Shown: positions 27,293 through 37,710 of the stretch, piece after piece
How positions within the stretch are numbered: the stretch's first letter is position 1
How the letters are laid out: the number at the start of each line of letters is the position of its first letter
Source of the DNA: Mobula hypostoma
Lineage: Eukaryota
DNA length: 64,000 nucleotides
NCBI RefSeq assembly: GCF_963921235.1
Contig: NC_086108.1
Location: 25,172,001-25,236,000, forward strand
Direction of reading: 5' to 3'
Program-made: the position numbers and the translations under genes
Notes under the pieces: model-generated
Database searches by the model: none
Told to the model about the DNA's origin: nothing
The model's input: the letters and a program-made list of their open reading frames with translations, nothing else

Positions 27293-28229
27293 CACCGATA
27301 AACAAAAACAAATAAATGATAAATCAATAACAATAGAGTGCAGACTTGATACAACTGGATGGAGCTTCCACTGATGAATGTATATCCTGTATAAGAACAT
27401 CACCGCACTGTGGGAGTGTCATTTCCTGCTGCCATTAAGATGCCCACCTCTTCTTAGCAGTTAAAGTTGTTGGCTGCTCTGAGATTTTAGGGAAAGATGT
27501 TCCGCCTGGAAATGCATGCCCTTGTGCATACTCATCTGAGTCATTTGCATCAGCAAAAGGGCATAATTTCACCATTCATAGAGCTGCCGCATCTGGTTGT
27601 CCAACTGTCTGTCTTGCATCACAGAGATAAGAACCTCACTATTGACTGTCCTGCCCTCACATCACTAAATTTAAGCTTAGAAAGGAAGACTTCAATCCTC
27701 TTCCACTTCATTGTGAGTTTTTCTCATCAGATGAATGTGTGATCTCCTGTGAACTTTCAATGGCAAGACAAATGAACGCAAAGACAGCGATGATCAGTAA
27801 AAGTACAGGAACACAGCCTCAGATCTGGCTACGCACCTCACTCCATTCCAGTCCCCTAGTGGTGTCCACAGCCCCCTGGGTCTAGCTGCTCACAGGACTC
27901 CACTTCCAGCCCTTGCCTTGGCCACACATCTGCCTCCATTTCCAGCAATTGTTTTTAGCTGCACAGCTAGATGTTCCCAGTTCTGGCTCCACATCTAGGT
28001 CTATTGCTGGAAATCAGCTGTGGGCACACATCTGGCCCCATTCCCTATCACCAGCTCCCATGTACAACTGACCACATTCATGATCCCTCCTCCTGGCTGC
28101 TGCTGCTCCACCCATGTTTGTGTCCCCTTTAGATTAGGCACAAAACCTGTGGCTACTGGTCAGTGGTAATCCCTGTTCTCCTACATACTTGAAATATAGG
28201 AATATACTCTCCTATGAGACTTGGAGCAT

Positions 28230-29500
28230 TTGCATCACGCATATCACAAAGATACCGCCAATTTTACCTCCACAATAAGATAAGATAAGAACAGATAAGC
28301 AAGATAACCCAACCAACATCCCTAGCATTGTGGCCATAATTGCCACATTGACTGCATGCCCAACACCAGACTCCTGCAAAAGACATGCTATTCTGAGCTT
28401 TGAGATGGGAAGAGACCAGCAGGTGGTATGACAAGAATACACATAGATTAAGATGTTAGCTGTCCTGTGCTGGCACCAGTGGGATCGGCAGTTGGTCTGT
28501 CACCTGTCTTCAGGAGAGAGAGAGATAAGGAAAACAATGGAGCAACATTTGGAGATGTTAATGAAGGGACGGGAGAGAGTAACGGAAGGAGAGCTGTCAA
28601 GATCGGCTCCCCCTTTGAACCCTGAACTGTTTGAAGTGATGGACAGGCGATACCCCAGCAGGGGGATAAAAAGGGACAGGTTCACTAAGGCAACACACAC
28701 ACGACACCCCGAGGTAACGAGACCCTGGAAGCGGTGCGTCTCTCACAAGTCGGTGGGAAGGTTTTGGACGGCTGGTCGTGGGACAAGCCATAGACGCACA
28801 GGGTGGAAAGGCACGATCGGCGGGAACCTGGTGTGTGTCCACCCTTGCCTGGGTGCCGGGTTCACCGCAGAGAAACTATCGTATCTGGAAACGGAGGGGT
28901 CATGGTTGGTGACCTCAGATGACATCACAAAGGGCTCGTACGAAAGCTGACTGCGAAGGTGTGTGTGTGTGTTTGAATATTCATTCGTTTTGCTCTCTCT
29001 CTCCTTCCACCCACTGTCTGCAAACTGAACTGAACTAAATTGAACTGAACTTTGCATCACTTTGAAACTGGTCATTTACCCCTAGACAACGATAGAGCTT
29101 GATTGATCCTGTTATTTTAATTCTGTGTACATGTGTGTTTATCATTGCTGAACTGTTGCATTTATTATCCTTTTGATTAGAGTACTGTGTTGCTTGTTTC
29201 TTTAATAAAACTTTCTTAGTTCTAGTCATCCAGACTCCAACTGAGTGATCCATTTCTGCTGGTTTGGCAACCCAGTTGCGGGGTACGTAACAGTGGACAG
29301 AGGATATGTTTCAAGGATGTCTTCAAAGCCCCTTTGAAAGAATGCTACATCCTCAATGGCTTCTGGGAATCCCTGGCCCATGACTCCTCATTGTGGAATT
29401 TTAAACGTATTCAGCATGTGAAGTCCATGCTTTGGGAGCACAGAAATCCGATGTAAATAGTGCAAGCTATTTTATTGCCTCACAACCAACCTGCCTGTAG
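28230..29500 (+). mobile_element. Old RTE (BovB-like) LINE C-terminal fragment interrupted by a solo LTR
   Basis: Removing the LTR and one TSD restores GKRPAGGQRICFKDVFKAPLKECYI, matching the RTE GKR..GGQ.KR.KD.LK motif. Confidence 0.7.
28427..29292 (+). mobile_element. Solo LTR (866 bp)
   Basis: T(A)TGAC...GTAACA termini, 4-bp TSD GTGG at 28423-28426 and 29293-29296, GGATAAAAAG TATA-like box, AATAAA at ~29204, CpG-rich. Confidence 0.85.
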
Positions 29501-29712
29501 GGTGTCCTGTGCCACAGATTTGGAGAGTCTAACTTCCCCTATCAGCCTTGTTAGTCACTTCAAAACCCATAAAACTAGAGTGGTAAAATTATGAAAAATG
29601 TAGACGGGGAGCCTGGGAAATACTATCCCGGGGAGAAGTGTCAAACACCAGGGCACATCCTTTTAAGGTGGGGGGAGGAGTTTAAAGATGACGTAAGGAG
29701 CAAGTCTTATTT

Positions 29713-29954
29713 GTGTTAGGCATGTGGCCAAGTGGTTAAGGCATTTGTCTAGTTATCTCAAGGTCGCTGGTTCGAGCCTCAGCTGTGGCAGCGTGTTTGT
29801 GCCCTTGAGCAAGGCACTTAAACACACATTGCACTAGCCTGTGCGAGGAGTGGCGCCCCACACAGACTTCCAATCTGCGCATTGTAAGGCATGAAAATGC
29901 CGAAGCAGGCTCTCATGGTCTGAGTTGACGTTCCCTCCCTCGACGTTCCCCTCC
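29713..29954 (+). mobile_element. tRNA-derived SINE inserted in a CR1 3' fragment (~29600-30190)
   Basis: A box TGGCCAAGTGG, B box GGTTCGAGCC, CCTTGAGCAAGGCACTTAA central domain; 7-bp TSD CTTATTT at 29706-29712 and 29955-29961. Confidence 0.85.
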
Positions 29955-31457
29955 CTTATTTTTATAAGCAGTATGTGGTTGGTGCATGAAATAGGTTATC
30001 AAGAGCAGTAATGGAAGCATGCAGTTTGGTAGAATTTAAAAGGCTTTTAGTTGGACACATAAATATGAAAAGAGCGGAGGGATATGGGAGATAAACCAGA
30101 GGAGCACATTTGGTACAAATTGGCATCAAGGTAGGCACAACATTATGGGCTGAATGCTCTGCCAGTGCTGTATTGTTCTACATTCTGTGCTTAAAATTGC
30201 AATTGGAATGAGCAGCATGACTTAATTTGTTAAATCATCTGCAAGGGAAATATTCTTTATTGTAGTCAAGTAGTCACTCCAAGTATTTCGATATTCTTTG
30301 GACTGGAAAGTCTAAAAAAATGGATTTGTGCAGGAGGAATGATCTCCCTTTCAATCATGCTGTTTCTCCTCCCTGTTCAATATATTGACTTGAAATTGCT
30401 TGCATGTGTGTGTACATATATGTGTGAGTGGCATACATGTAGGAAAGAGTGGGTACATGTTACAGCATCAGTGCTGAAGGTGTAACTATGATAGGGCAGC
30501 ATTCGTCAACAGGTTTTGTCAGGTTAGAACACTAGCAAGCACATGAACAACGTCCTGAAATTTCTTCCAGCTTTGCTCTCCGCAGATTCCTTGATGGTTG
30601 ACACTGATTTGATGGGAAGGGGTGTCTGCTTCTGTGCTATATGGCAATGATCTTCCATAGGGATTGGTAGACTGGCGTCCTTGATAAACTGCATGTCCTT
30701 ACATCTTTGGACAGGGACCATCAGGATGTGGAGGTCAGTATCTACGAATGTGGGTCTTCCGAGTCCCACAGCAGAAGATCCACTCCTGCCAGCTCACTTC
30801 ATACAAGCAGAATCTTTGCTCTGGCATTCTTCAGTGGGCAAGTGCCTTTCAAAAGCAGGCACCAAGATCAGATTCACAAGTCCACTACCGCTGTTTTACC
30901 AGCAAACCATAACTATACGATCTCTGAGAAAATACTATTCAATATCTGAAAATGCAGATGCAAGAGAGTGATTAGAAACCAAGTGTCAGTGGCACTAGGA
31001 GAAATAATTGTAGTGTCCCTGGACTGGACCCGTTTAACACATCTACTTAAGGGCAGAGAATTTTTTCAGCTGTTGCCTTTTGTATGATATCATAACAGTC
31101 TACACTCTCTTGTGTGTAATTGATTCCTTGTCAGGAGCACCTTCTGGTTGTGCCAGATAATACACGCATTTCAATCAACATTATGAAAACAGAGCACCTG
31201 ACATCAAAGCTTATCATATTATCTTGTGATGTCCCTGTTACAGGAATTGCTAACCTTTGAAACTACTGGATTGGTTATTGAAGACCGCAGAAGAATATAC
31301 AAATATTACAATATGGAAACAGAGCAGCCAATCTTGCAATGATTGATTGTTTATCCTACAAATTAGTAATTTCTTTAATTCTTTAGTGCTATGTGCAGAG
31401 TAGGCCCTTTCAAGCCACAGTGCCCCAGCAACCCCATAACCCTGATTAACCTTAATC

Positions 31458-31536
31458 CAGGGGTTCCCAACCTGGGGTACAAGACCTCTTCATTAATGGT
31501 AGTGTCCATGGCATAAAAAAGGGACTTGGAACCCTG
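31458..31536. mobile_element. hAT-type MITE (~80 bp) within a minus-strand V-SINE remnant
   Basis: TIRs CAGGGGTTCCCAA / TTGGAACCCTG; homologous to 43903-43977. Confidence 0.7.
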
Positions 31537-32129
31537 CCCCACCTAATAAAGGGACAATTTACAATGACCAATTAACTTACCCAGTATGTTTACATATTAC
31601 ATAAGTCAAATATATAAATTATATTATATATAATGTTATATTATAATATATAATATATAAATTATGTATTATAAACAATTAGATCCATGTTCAGTAGTTA
31701 CCCTTTTATCAACAATTACTCTTAAATACAAATCTTTTTCAGATATTTTCCGTCTGTTTGATAAATATCATCATGATTAGTGGTTAGGGAAAGAGCAAAG
31801 AAAGCGAAAGTTGCTTGAAGTAATGGATAATAAATATGCTATCATCAATGTTTATTTATCATTTATGGATTTGCATCCTCCTTATTAAGTAATGCAACTA
31901 GGCCTAATAAAGAAGGTCATAAATGATGAAGCTAGATGAAGGGATAACAGGAAATCATATTACATCATATGTTTTCTTAAACCAGTTAAACTTTTCAAAC
32001 CACTGTTCCTTGTGTCAACTCTCTATCATGCTGCCTTTCTTTTCTTTCTTAGTTTTGTGGCTATCTGGAGAAGAAGAATTTCAGAGTTGAGTACTTCGAT
32101 AATAAATTACCCTTTGAACCTTTGAATAG

Positions 32130-32370
32130 CATTCCAGAGCTCAGAGTTCAATTCCAGTGCCATTCTGTAAGGAGTCTCTGTACATCCTCCCCATGGAACG
32201 TTGGAATGTTTGGTCATTATAAATTGTCCCATGATTAGGGTAGAGTTAAATGGGTTTGATAGGGTCCCACTGGGGCAGCACAGCTCGAAGGGCCAGAAGA
32301 GCCTACTCCGCTCTGTATCACTAAAATAAAATTTTAAAATAATAAAATAAAATAAAAAAAGAAGAAACAA
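32130..32370 (+). mobile_element. Partial V-SINE with (AAAAT)n tail
   Basis: GAGTTCAATTCC B box, GGTCATTATAAATTGTCCC, CTCGAAGGGCCAGAAG CR1-like tail. Confidence 0.65.
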
Positions 32371-33185
32371 AGCAATAAAAATAGATCTTTGATAAGCGAG
32401 CTGTCGTGTATTCCTTTAGAGAAATGCACGCACTGGATTAGTTATAAAAACCATTGCAATAAATTCATCCAATTTCAATATGTTAAATGCTTTGGAGTCA
32501 TGTTATGTAAACACTTAGAAACAGTCATTCACGGGAAAGAGCCAATATATGCACACAGTTGGAGATGTCTTACCTTGTTCAATGCCAGACAAATGTGTGA
32601 AAAAAGGAACATTTTACCGCAATTTGAACAGTATGACAAAGATTTTGAATGTGTTTAAATGTAAGTCAGGTATATTTATCCTGATGGATGGTTTAATTGA
32701 AGTTCTACTATTTTGATCCTTTTAATAAGAAAGGGGGCAATTTTAAATTTAAATGGATATCTGTTTTGAGGAAACATTGGCTGCTGGTTCTAGGATTGCT
32801 ATTGTGGAGGGTTTTTGTTAGCCTGAACTGTTAGGGTCTCACAGAAAATCAGATTCAAAAAATTTTGCTGCTGGATGCCTGTTCAACTTTGAGAGATACT
32901 TCTGCACAGTCATGCACTTAGCTTTATGAAGAAGACAAGAATATAACCAAATTTAAAACCATCCTATCCCAATTTGGACCCGGTTTGACAATTAAGACCA
33001 TTGTAAATGTCTACATAATTAGACGTCAACTGCTGCCAGATAAGCAGATTTTCCAGACTACTGAATGTTATTCATATTCCCTCAATAGATTTTCTATTTA
33101 CTTTTAGTTAATGAATGATAATTAACCAGTGAAACACTTAATGGGAGCAATAGGAAGTAGGATATGTTCAAAGGCAGTGTGGGAA

Positions 33186-33411
33186 TGTGGTAAACCATAT
33201 ATATGTTGTAACTGGGTTACCTGTCTGGACACGCCCCCCTGCTGACTGCCCCGTGGCTCCTCCCACAGAGTCCTGTATAAAGGTGTTTGCCTTGCCCCTC
33301 CCCCTCAGTTCGGGGGCAGACACTCACCATGGAGGTCGTATTGTACAGAGAATAAAAGCCTTTCGGTATTTTACCTAACCTCAGTCTCTTGGAGTTATTG
33401 AAGGTGCTTCA
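33186..33411 (+). repeat. 5' LTR (226 bp)
   Basis: TGTGGTAAACC...GGTGCTTCA; TATAAA at ~33276, AATAAA at 33351. Confidence 0.95.
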
Positions 33412-33437
33412 ATTTTATTCGCTGTACATTTTAAAGC

Positions 33438-34240
33438 ATGGAACACACATTGAGACCCGACAAATTAGACCTCGATCCGCAAACACCTGAAGCTGGAAAC
33501 GCTTTCAAACTCTGGCTGGCCTGCTTCGAAGCATACCTAGATGAGATTAAAGTGACCGACCCCGTAGTGATGTGTAGAGTTCTACTCTCCAGGGTCAGTC
33601 CACGGGTTTATTCGCTGATCAGAGACCAGCCGAGCTACGATGGCGCGATGAGCGCACTCAAAGGACAATACCTGCGGCCGATAAACAGCGTCTATGCTCG
33701 GCACCGCTTAGCGACATGGCAACAACGGTCCGGGGAATCAAGTGCTGAGTTCGTCCGAGCCCTACAGACACTCGTGCGGGCCTGCAATTGCCAGGAGCTG
33801 ACGGCGGCGCAGCATGCAGAACTCCTAGTGAGAGACGCCTTCGTCACGGGGACCAGGTCAGTGAATGTGCGCCAGTGGCTGTTGGAAAAAGCCAATCTTA
33901 CCTTAAGTTCGGTGATCAAGCTGGCCGACATGCTAGAGGCCGCTCTGCATAACTCTGAGGCTCTCCAGGCATGCGATCCCCCGATGGCCTCGTGGGCGCC
34001 GCAGACCCTGCAACCCGCCAGCGAATTGACCTCAGCTGTCGCTAGTCGCAAGTCCCTGTAACCCACCAGTGAATCAACCTCGGCTGCCGCCAGTCACAAA
34101 TCCGCGAAGTGCTACTTCTGGGGACTGGAGAAGCAGCCCTGGAAAATGCTGCCCGGCCCGAGAGGCTGCCTGCTCCAGCTGCGGAAAGAAGGACCTCTTC
34201 GCAAAGGTCTGTAGGTCCAGGCTGCGAGCGGGATCGTGCA
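33438..34240 (+). pseudogene. gag: gag (frameshifted near 34060)
   Basis: ORF 33438-34061 with QQRSGESSAEFVRALQTLVRACNC and VRDAFVTG; continues in another frame with the degenerate knuckle CPAREAACSSCGKKDLFAKVC. Confidence 0.88.
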
Positions 34241-34499
34241 GCGCCACGTGTGAAGCATGGGGGTCGCCATCTTGCCTGCCGCCATCTTCCCTGCACGCCG
34301 CCACCACGTGCGAGACAGGGGGGCTGCCATCTTTCCTGCACGCTGCCACCACGTGCGAGACATGGGGGCGGCCATCTTGGTCGGTGCCACCTCCCACTGC
34401 CTACGACAGACGGGTGCTCACGGGGTACCCCACCACATCGGACCAAGACAGCGACCTAACCCTCGCTTCCGTGACCCTCGACCAAAGCGCTCCCCACCA

Positions 34500-37409
34500 G
34501 CTTGCAAGGTCAATGATGGACATCCTGGTGGAGGGGTGCAGGACAAGCTGCCTGTTTGACACAGGCAGCATGGAGAGTTTTATCCACCCGGCCACGGTGT
34601 AGCATTGTGGACTCATGATACGTCCGGTGAGTCAGAGGGTCACCATGGCTTCCGGGTCGCATACAACAGACATCTGGGGGGTTGTGTAGCGAAACTAGTG
34701 GTGCAGGACACAGAATATCAAGACTTTACGTTACTGGTCTTGCCTCAACTGTGTACCCCTGTGCTGTTGGGGCTAGACTTCCAGAGCCACCTGAAAAGCA
34801 TGACAATGAAGTATGATGGACCCCTCCCACCAATTACTGCCGTAAATCCCCAGTTTTGTAGGGATACGTCACATACCCCGCGACTGACCAAACACACACA
34901 CTGACCCGCATATCCCACCCAACACCATGCCAACAGCCACACTACCGACACCACTTGCGGCCTCTCCACCCTCAGGATCCCTCCCCCACCGCTGTTCGCC
35001 AACCTGACCCCCGACTGTAAACCTGTGGCAACTAGAAGCAGGAGGTACAGCGCGGGGGACAGAGCTTTCATAAAGTAGGAGGTGCAGCGGCTGCTCAGGG
35101 AGGTGGTCATTGAGGCAAGCACAAGTCCTTGGAGGGCGCAGGTGGTGGTTGTTCGGAATGGAGAGAAGAATAGGATGGTCGTGGACTATAGCCAGACCAT
35201 CAATAGGTTCACGCAGCTCGACACGTACCCTCTACCCCGCATCGTGGATATGGTCAATCAGATAGCACAGTACAAGGTGTACTCGACCATCGACCTAAAA
35301 TCTGCTTACCATCAGTTCCCCATCCACCAGGAGGACAGCCCTTACACTGCCTTCGAAGCGGACGGCAGGCTTTATCAATTCCTGCATGTCTCCTTCGGTG
35401 TCACGAATGGTGTATCTGTCTTCCAGAGGGCAATGGACCGGTTGGTGGACCAGTGCCAACTGAAGGCCACGTTCCCATATCTGGATAACATCACCATCTG
35501 CAGTCACGACCGGCAGGATCACAACAACAACCTCCAAAAATTTCTCCAAGCGGCCAAAGCTTTCAGTCTCACCTATAACAAGGACAAGTGTGTGTTCAGA
35601 ACCACCCGACTTGCTATCCTTGGGTGTGTCATGGAGAATGGAGTCATTGGCCCTGACCCCGACCGTATGCGCCTCCTGTTGGAACTCCTTCCCAACACGC
35701 TCAGAGCCCTCAAAAGGTGCCTGGGCTTCTTTTCATATTATGCCCAATGGGTCTCTAACTACGCAGACAAGGCCCGCCCCCTGGTCGTCCACCACATTCC
35801 CCCTCTCAGCCGAGGCCCACGCGGCCTTCAACCGCAATTAAAAGGGGACATTGCCAAAGCAGCAATGCATGCGGTGGATGAAGCCATTCCCTTCCAAGTA
35901 GAGAGTGACGCCTCCGACTTCGTGCTGGCTGCTACCCTCAACCAGGCGGGAAGACCGGTGGCGTTCTTCTCCCGTACTCTTCCTGAACTTCGGTACTCCG
36001 CAGTGGAGAAAGAGGCCCAGGCCATAGTGGAAGCTATTAGGCACTGGAGGCACTATCTCACCGGCAAAAGGTTCACCCTGCTAACTGACCAGCACTCAGT
36101 CGCATTCATGTTTAATAACCAACAGCAGGGTAAAATCAAAAACCATTAAAATTCTGAGGTGGAGAATCGAACTCTCCACCTACAACTATGACATCATGTA
36201 CAGGCCTGGAAAGCTCAACAAGTCCTCTGATGGCTTATCCCGGGGAACATGCGCCAGCGAGCAGATCAATCGGCTATATGCCCTACATGTAGATCTTTGC
36301 CACCCGGGGGTCACCCGGCTTTTCCACTTTGTGAAAGCCCAGAACCTGCCTTACTCCCTTGAGGAGATCAGGATGATGACCAGGGACTGCCAAGTCTGCG
36401 CAAAGTGCAAACCGCACTTCTACCAACTCAAAAAGGCACAACTCAGCGAGGCCACCCACCCCTTTGAGCGACTGAGTGTTGACATTAAGGGCCCCCTTCC
36501 GTCCACCGACCACAATGTGTACTTTCTTAATGTTATCAACGAGTACTCGCGGTTCCCCTTCGCCATCCCCTGCCCCGACACCACTACCACGTCAGTTATA
36601 AAAGCCCTGCGCAAGCTCTTCACTCTGTTCGGATACCCATGCTATATCCACAATGACAGAGGGTCCTCGTTTATGAGTGATGAGCTGCACCAATATCTAC
36701 TGGCTAGGGGAATTGCAACCAGTAGGACCACGAACTATAATCCCTGGGGGAATGGACAGGTGGAGAAGGAGAATACCACGGTGTGGAAAGCCACACTCTT
36801 AGCCCTCAGGTCAAAGGGACTGTCAGTCTCTCGCTGGTAGGAGGTCCTTCCCGAGGCACTCCACTCCATCCGCTCCCTGTTATGCACAGCCATCAATGCC
36901 ACCCCTCATGAGCGGCTCTTTTCTTTTCCCAGAAAGTCAACCACTGGGACCACCCTACCAACTTGGCTGATGTCCCCGGGGCCAGTGCTGCTCTGGAAAC
37001 ATGCGAGGAGCAATAAATACTCCCCGATGGTCGAGAAGGTTCACTTCATGCAAACCCCCAGTATGCCTACGTGGTTTTACCTGATGGGCGGGAGGACACG
37101 GTCTTCATCCACGACCTGGCGCCCGCAGGAGAACCGGGCCCCTACCCTGAACACTTCGTGGTGACTATTGACCCCGTACCCACCAATGTATGTACCCACG
37201 AGACACCGTGCACTCCAAGCCCTACACAGACACCACACGACACTCCCATACCAGGTGCGACACACACGCAGGAGGGATTAACAATGCCTAACGTGCTGGC
37301 ACCTCAAGTCAGACTGGAGCCAGCACAACCGCTGTCACCGATACAATCACCACTGGTGCTATGTAGATCACAGCGACGGACTCGACTGCCTGATAGACTT
37401 GACCTGTAA
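34500..37409 (+). pseudogene. pol: pol: protease, RT, RNase H, integrase (multiple stops and frameshifts)
   Basis: LFDTGS protease; SPW, DY..IN, IDLKSAYHQ and YLDN RT motifs; ESDASD and EKEAQA RNase H; H-H-C-C plus VDIKGP / HNDRG / VEKEN DDE integrase; no chromodomain seen. Confidence 0.93.
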
Positions 37410-37477
37410 ATATACTTGTTGTAAATATTGTCAGTCACTTCACCCCGCTGAACTCTTTTTGAAAAAGGAAGGGTGAA

Positions 37478-37705
37478 TGTGGTAAACCATATATATGTTG
37501 TAACTGGGTTAACTATCAGGACACACCCCTCTGCTGACTGCCCCTGTGGCTCCTCCCACAGATACCTGTATAAATGTGTTTCGCCTTGGCCCTCCCCCTC
37601 AGTCCAGGAGCAGACACTCACCATGGAGGTCGTATTGTACAGTGAATAAAAGCCTTTCGGTATTTTACCTAACCTCAGTCTTTTGGAGTTATTGAAGGTG
37701 CTTCA
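37478..37705 (+). repeat. 3' LTR (228 bp)
   Basis: Direct repeat of 33186-33411 with roughly 16 differences counted by eye. Confidence 0.95.
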
Positions 37706-37710
37706 GGGAA

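Larger units (their letters stand above)
33186..37705 (+). mobile_element. Full-length, decayed Ty3/Gypsy LTR retrotransposon (4.5 kb)
   Basis: Two LTRs with TG...CA ends, 5-bp TSD GGGAA at 33181-33185 and 37706-37710, domain order gag-PR-RT-RH-IN, PPT GAAAAAGGAAGGGTGAA at 37461-37477. Confidence 0.97.

Noticed and set aside
28453..29075. ORFs of 110-165 aa
   Set aside because: They lie inside a GC-richer solo LTR and show no protein motifs
29713..29790. Possible tRNA gene
   Set aside because: A and B boxes are followed by a SINE body, tail and TSD; no proper cloverleaf or terminator
31590..31680. AT-rich palindromic stretch
   Set aside because: Low-complexity (TA)-rich sequence
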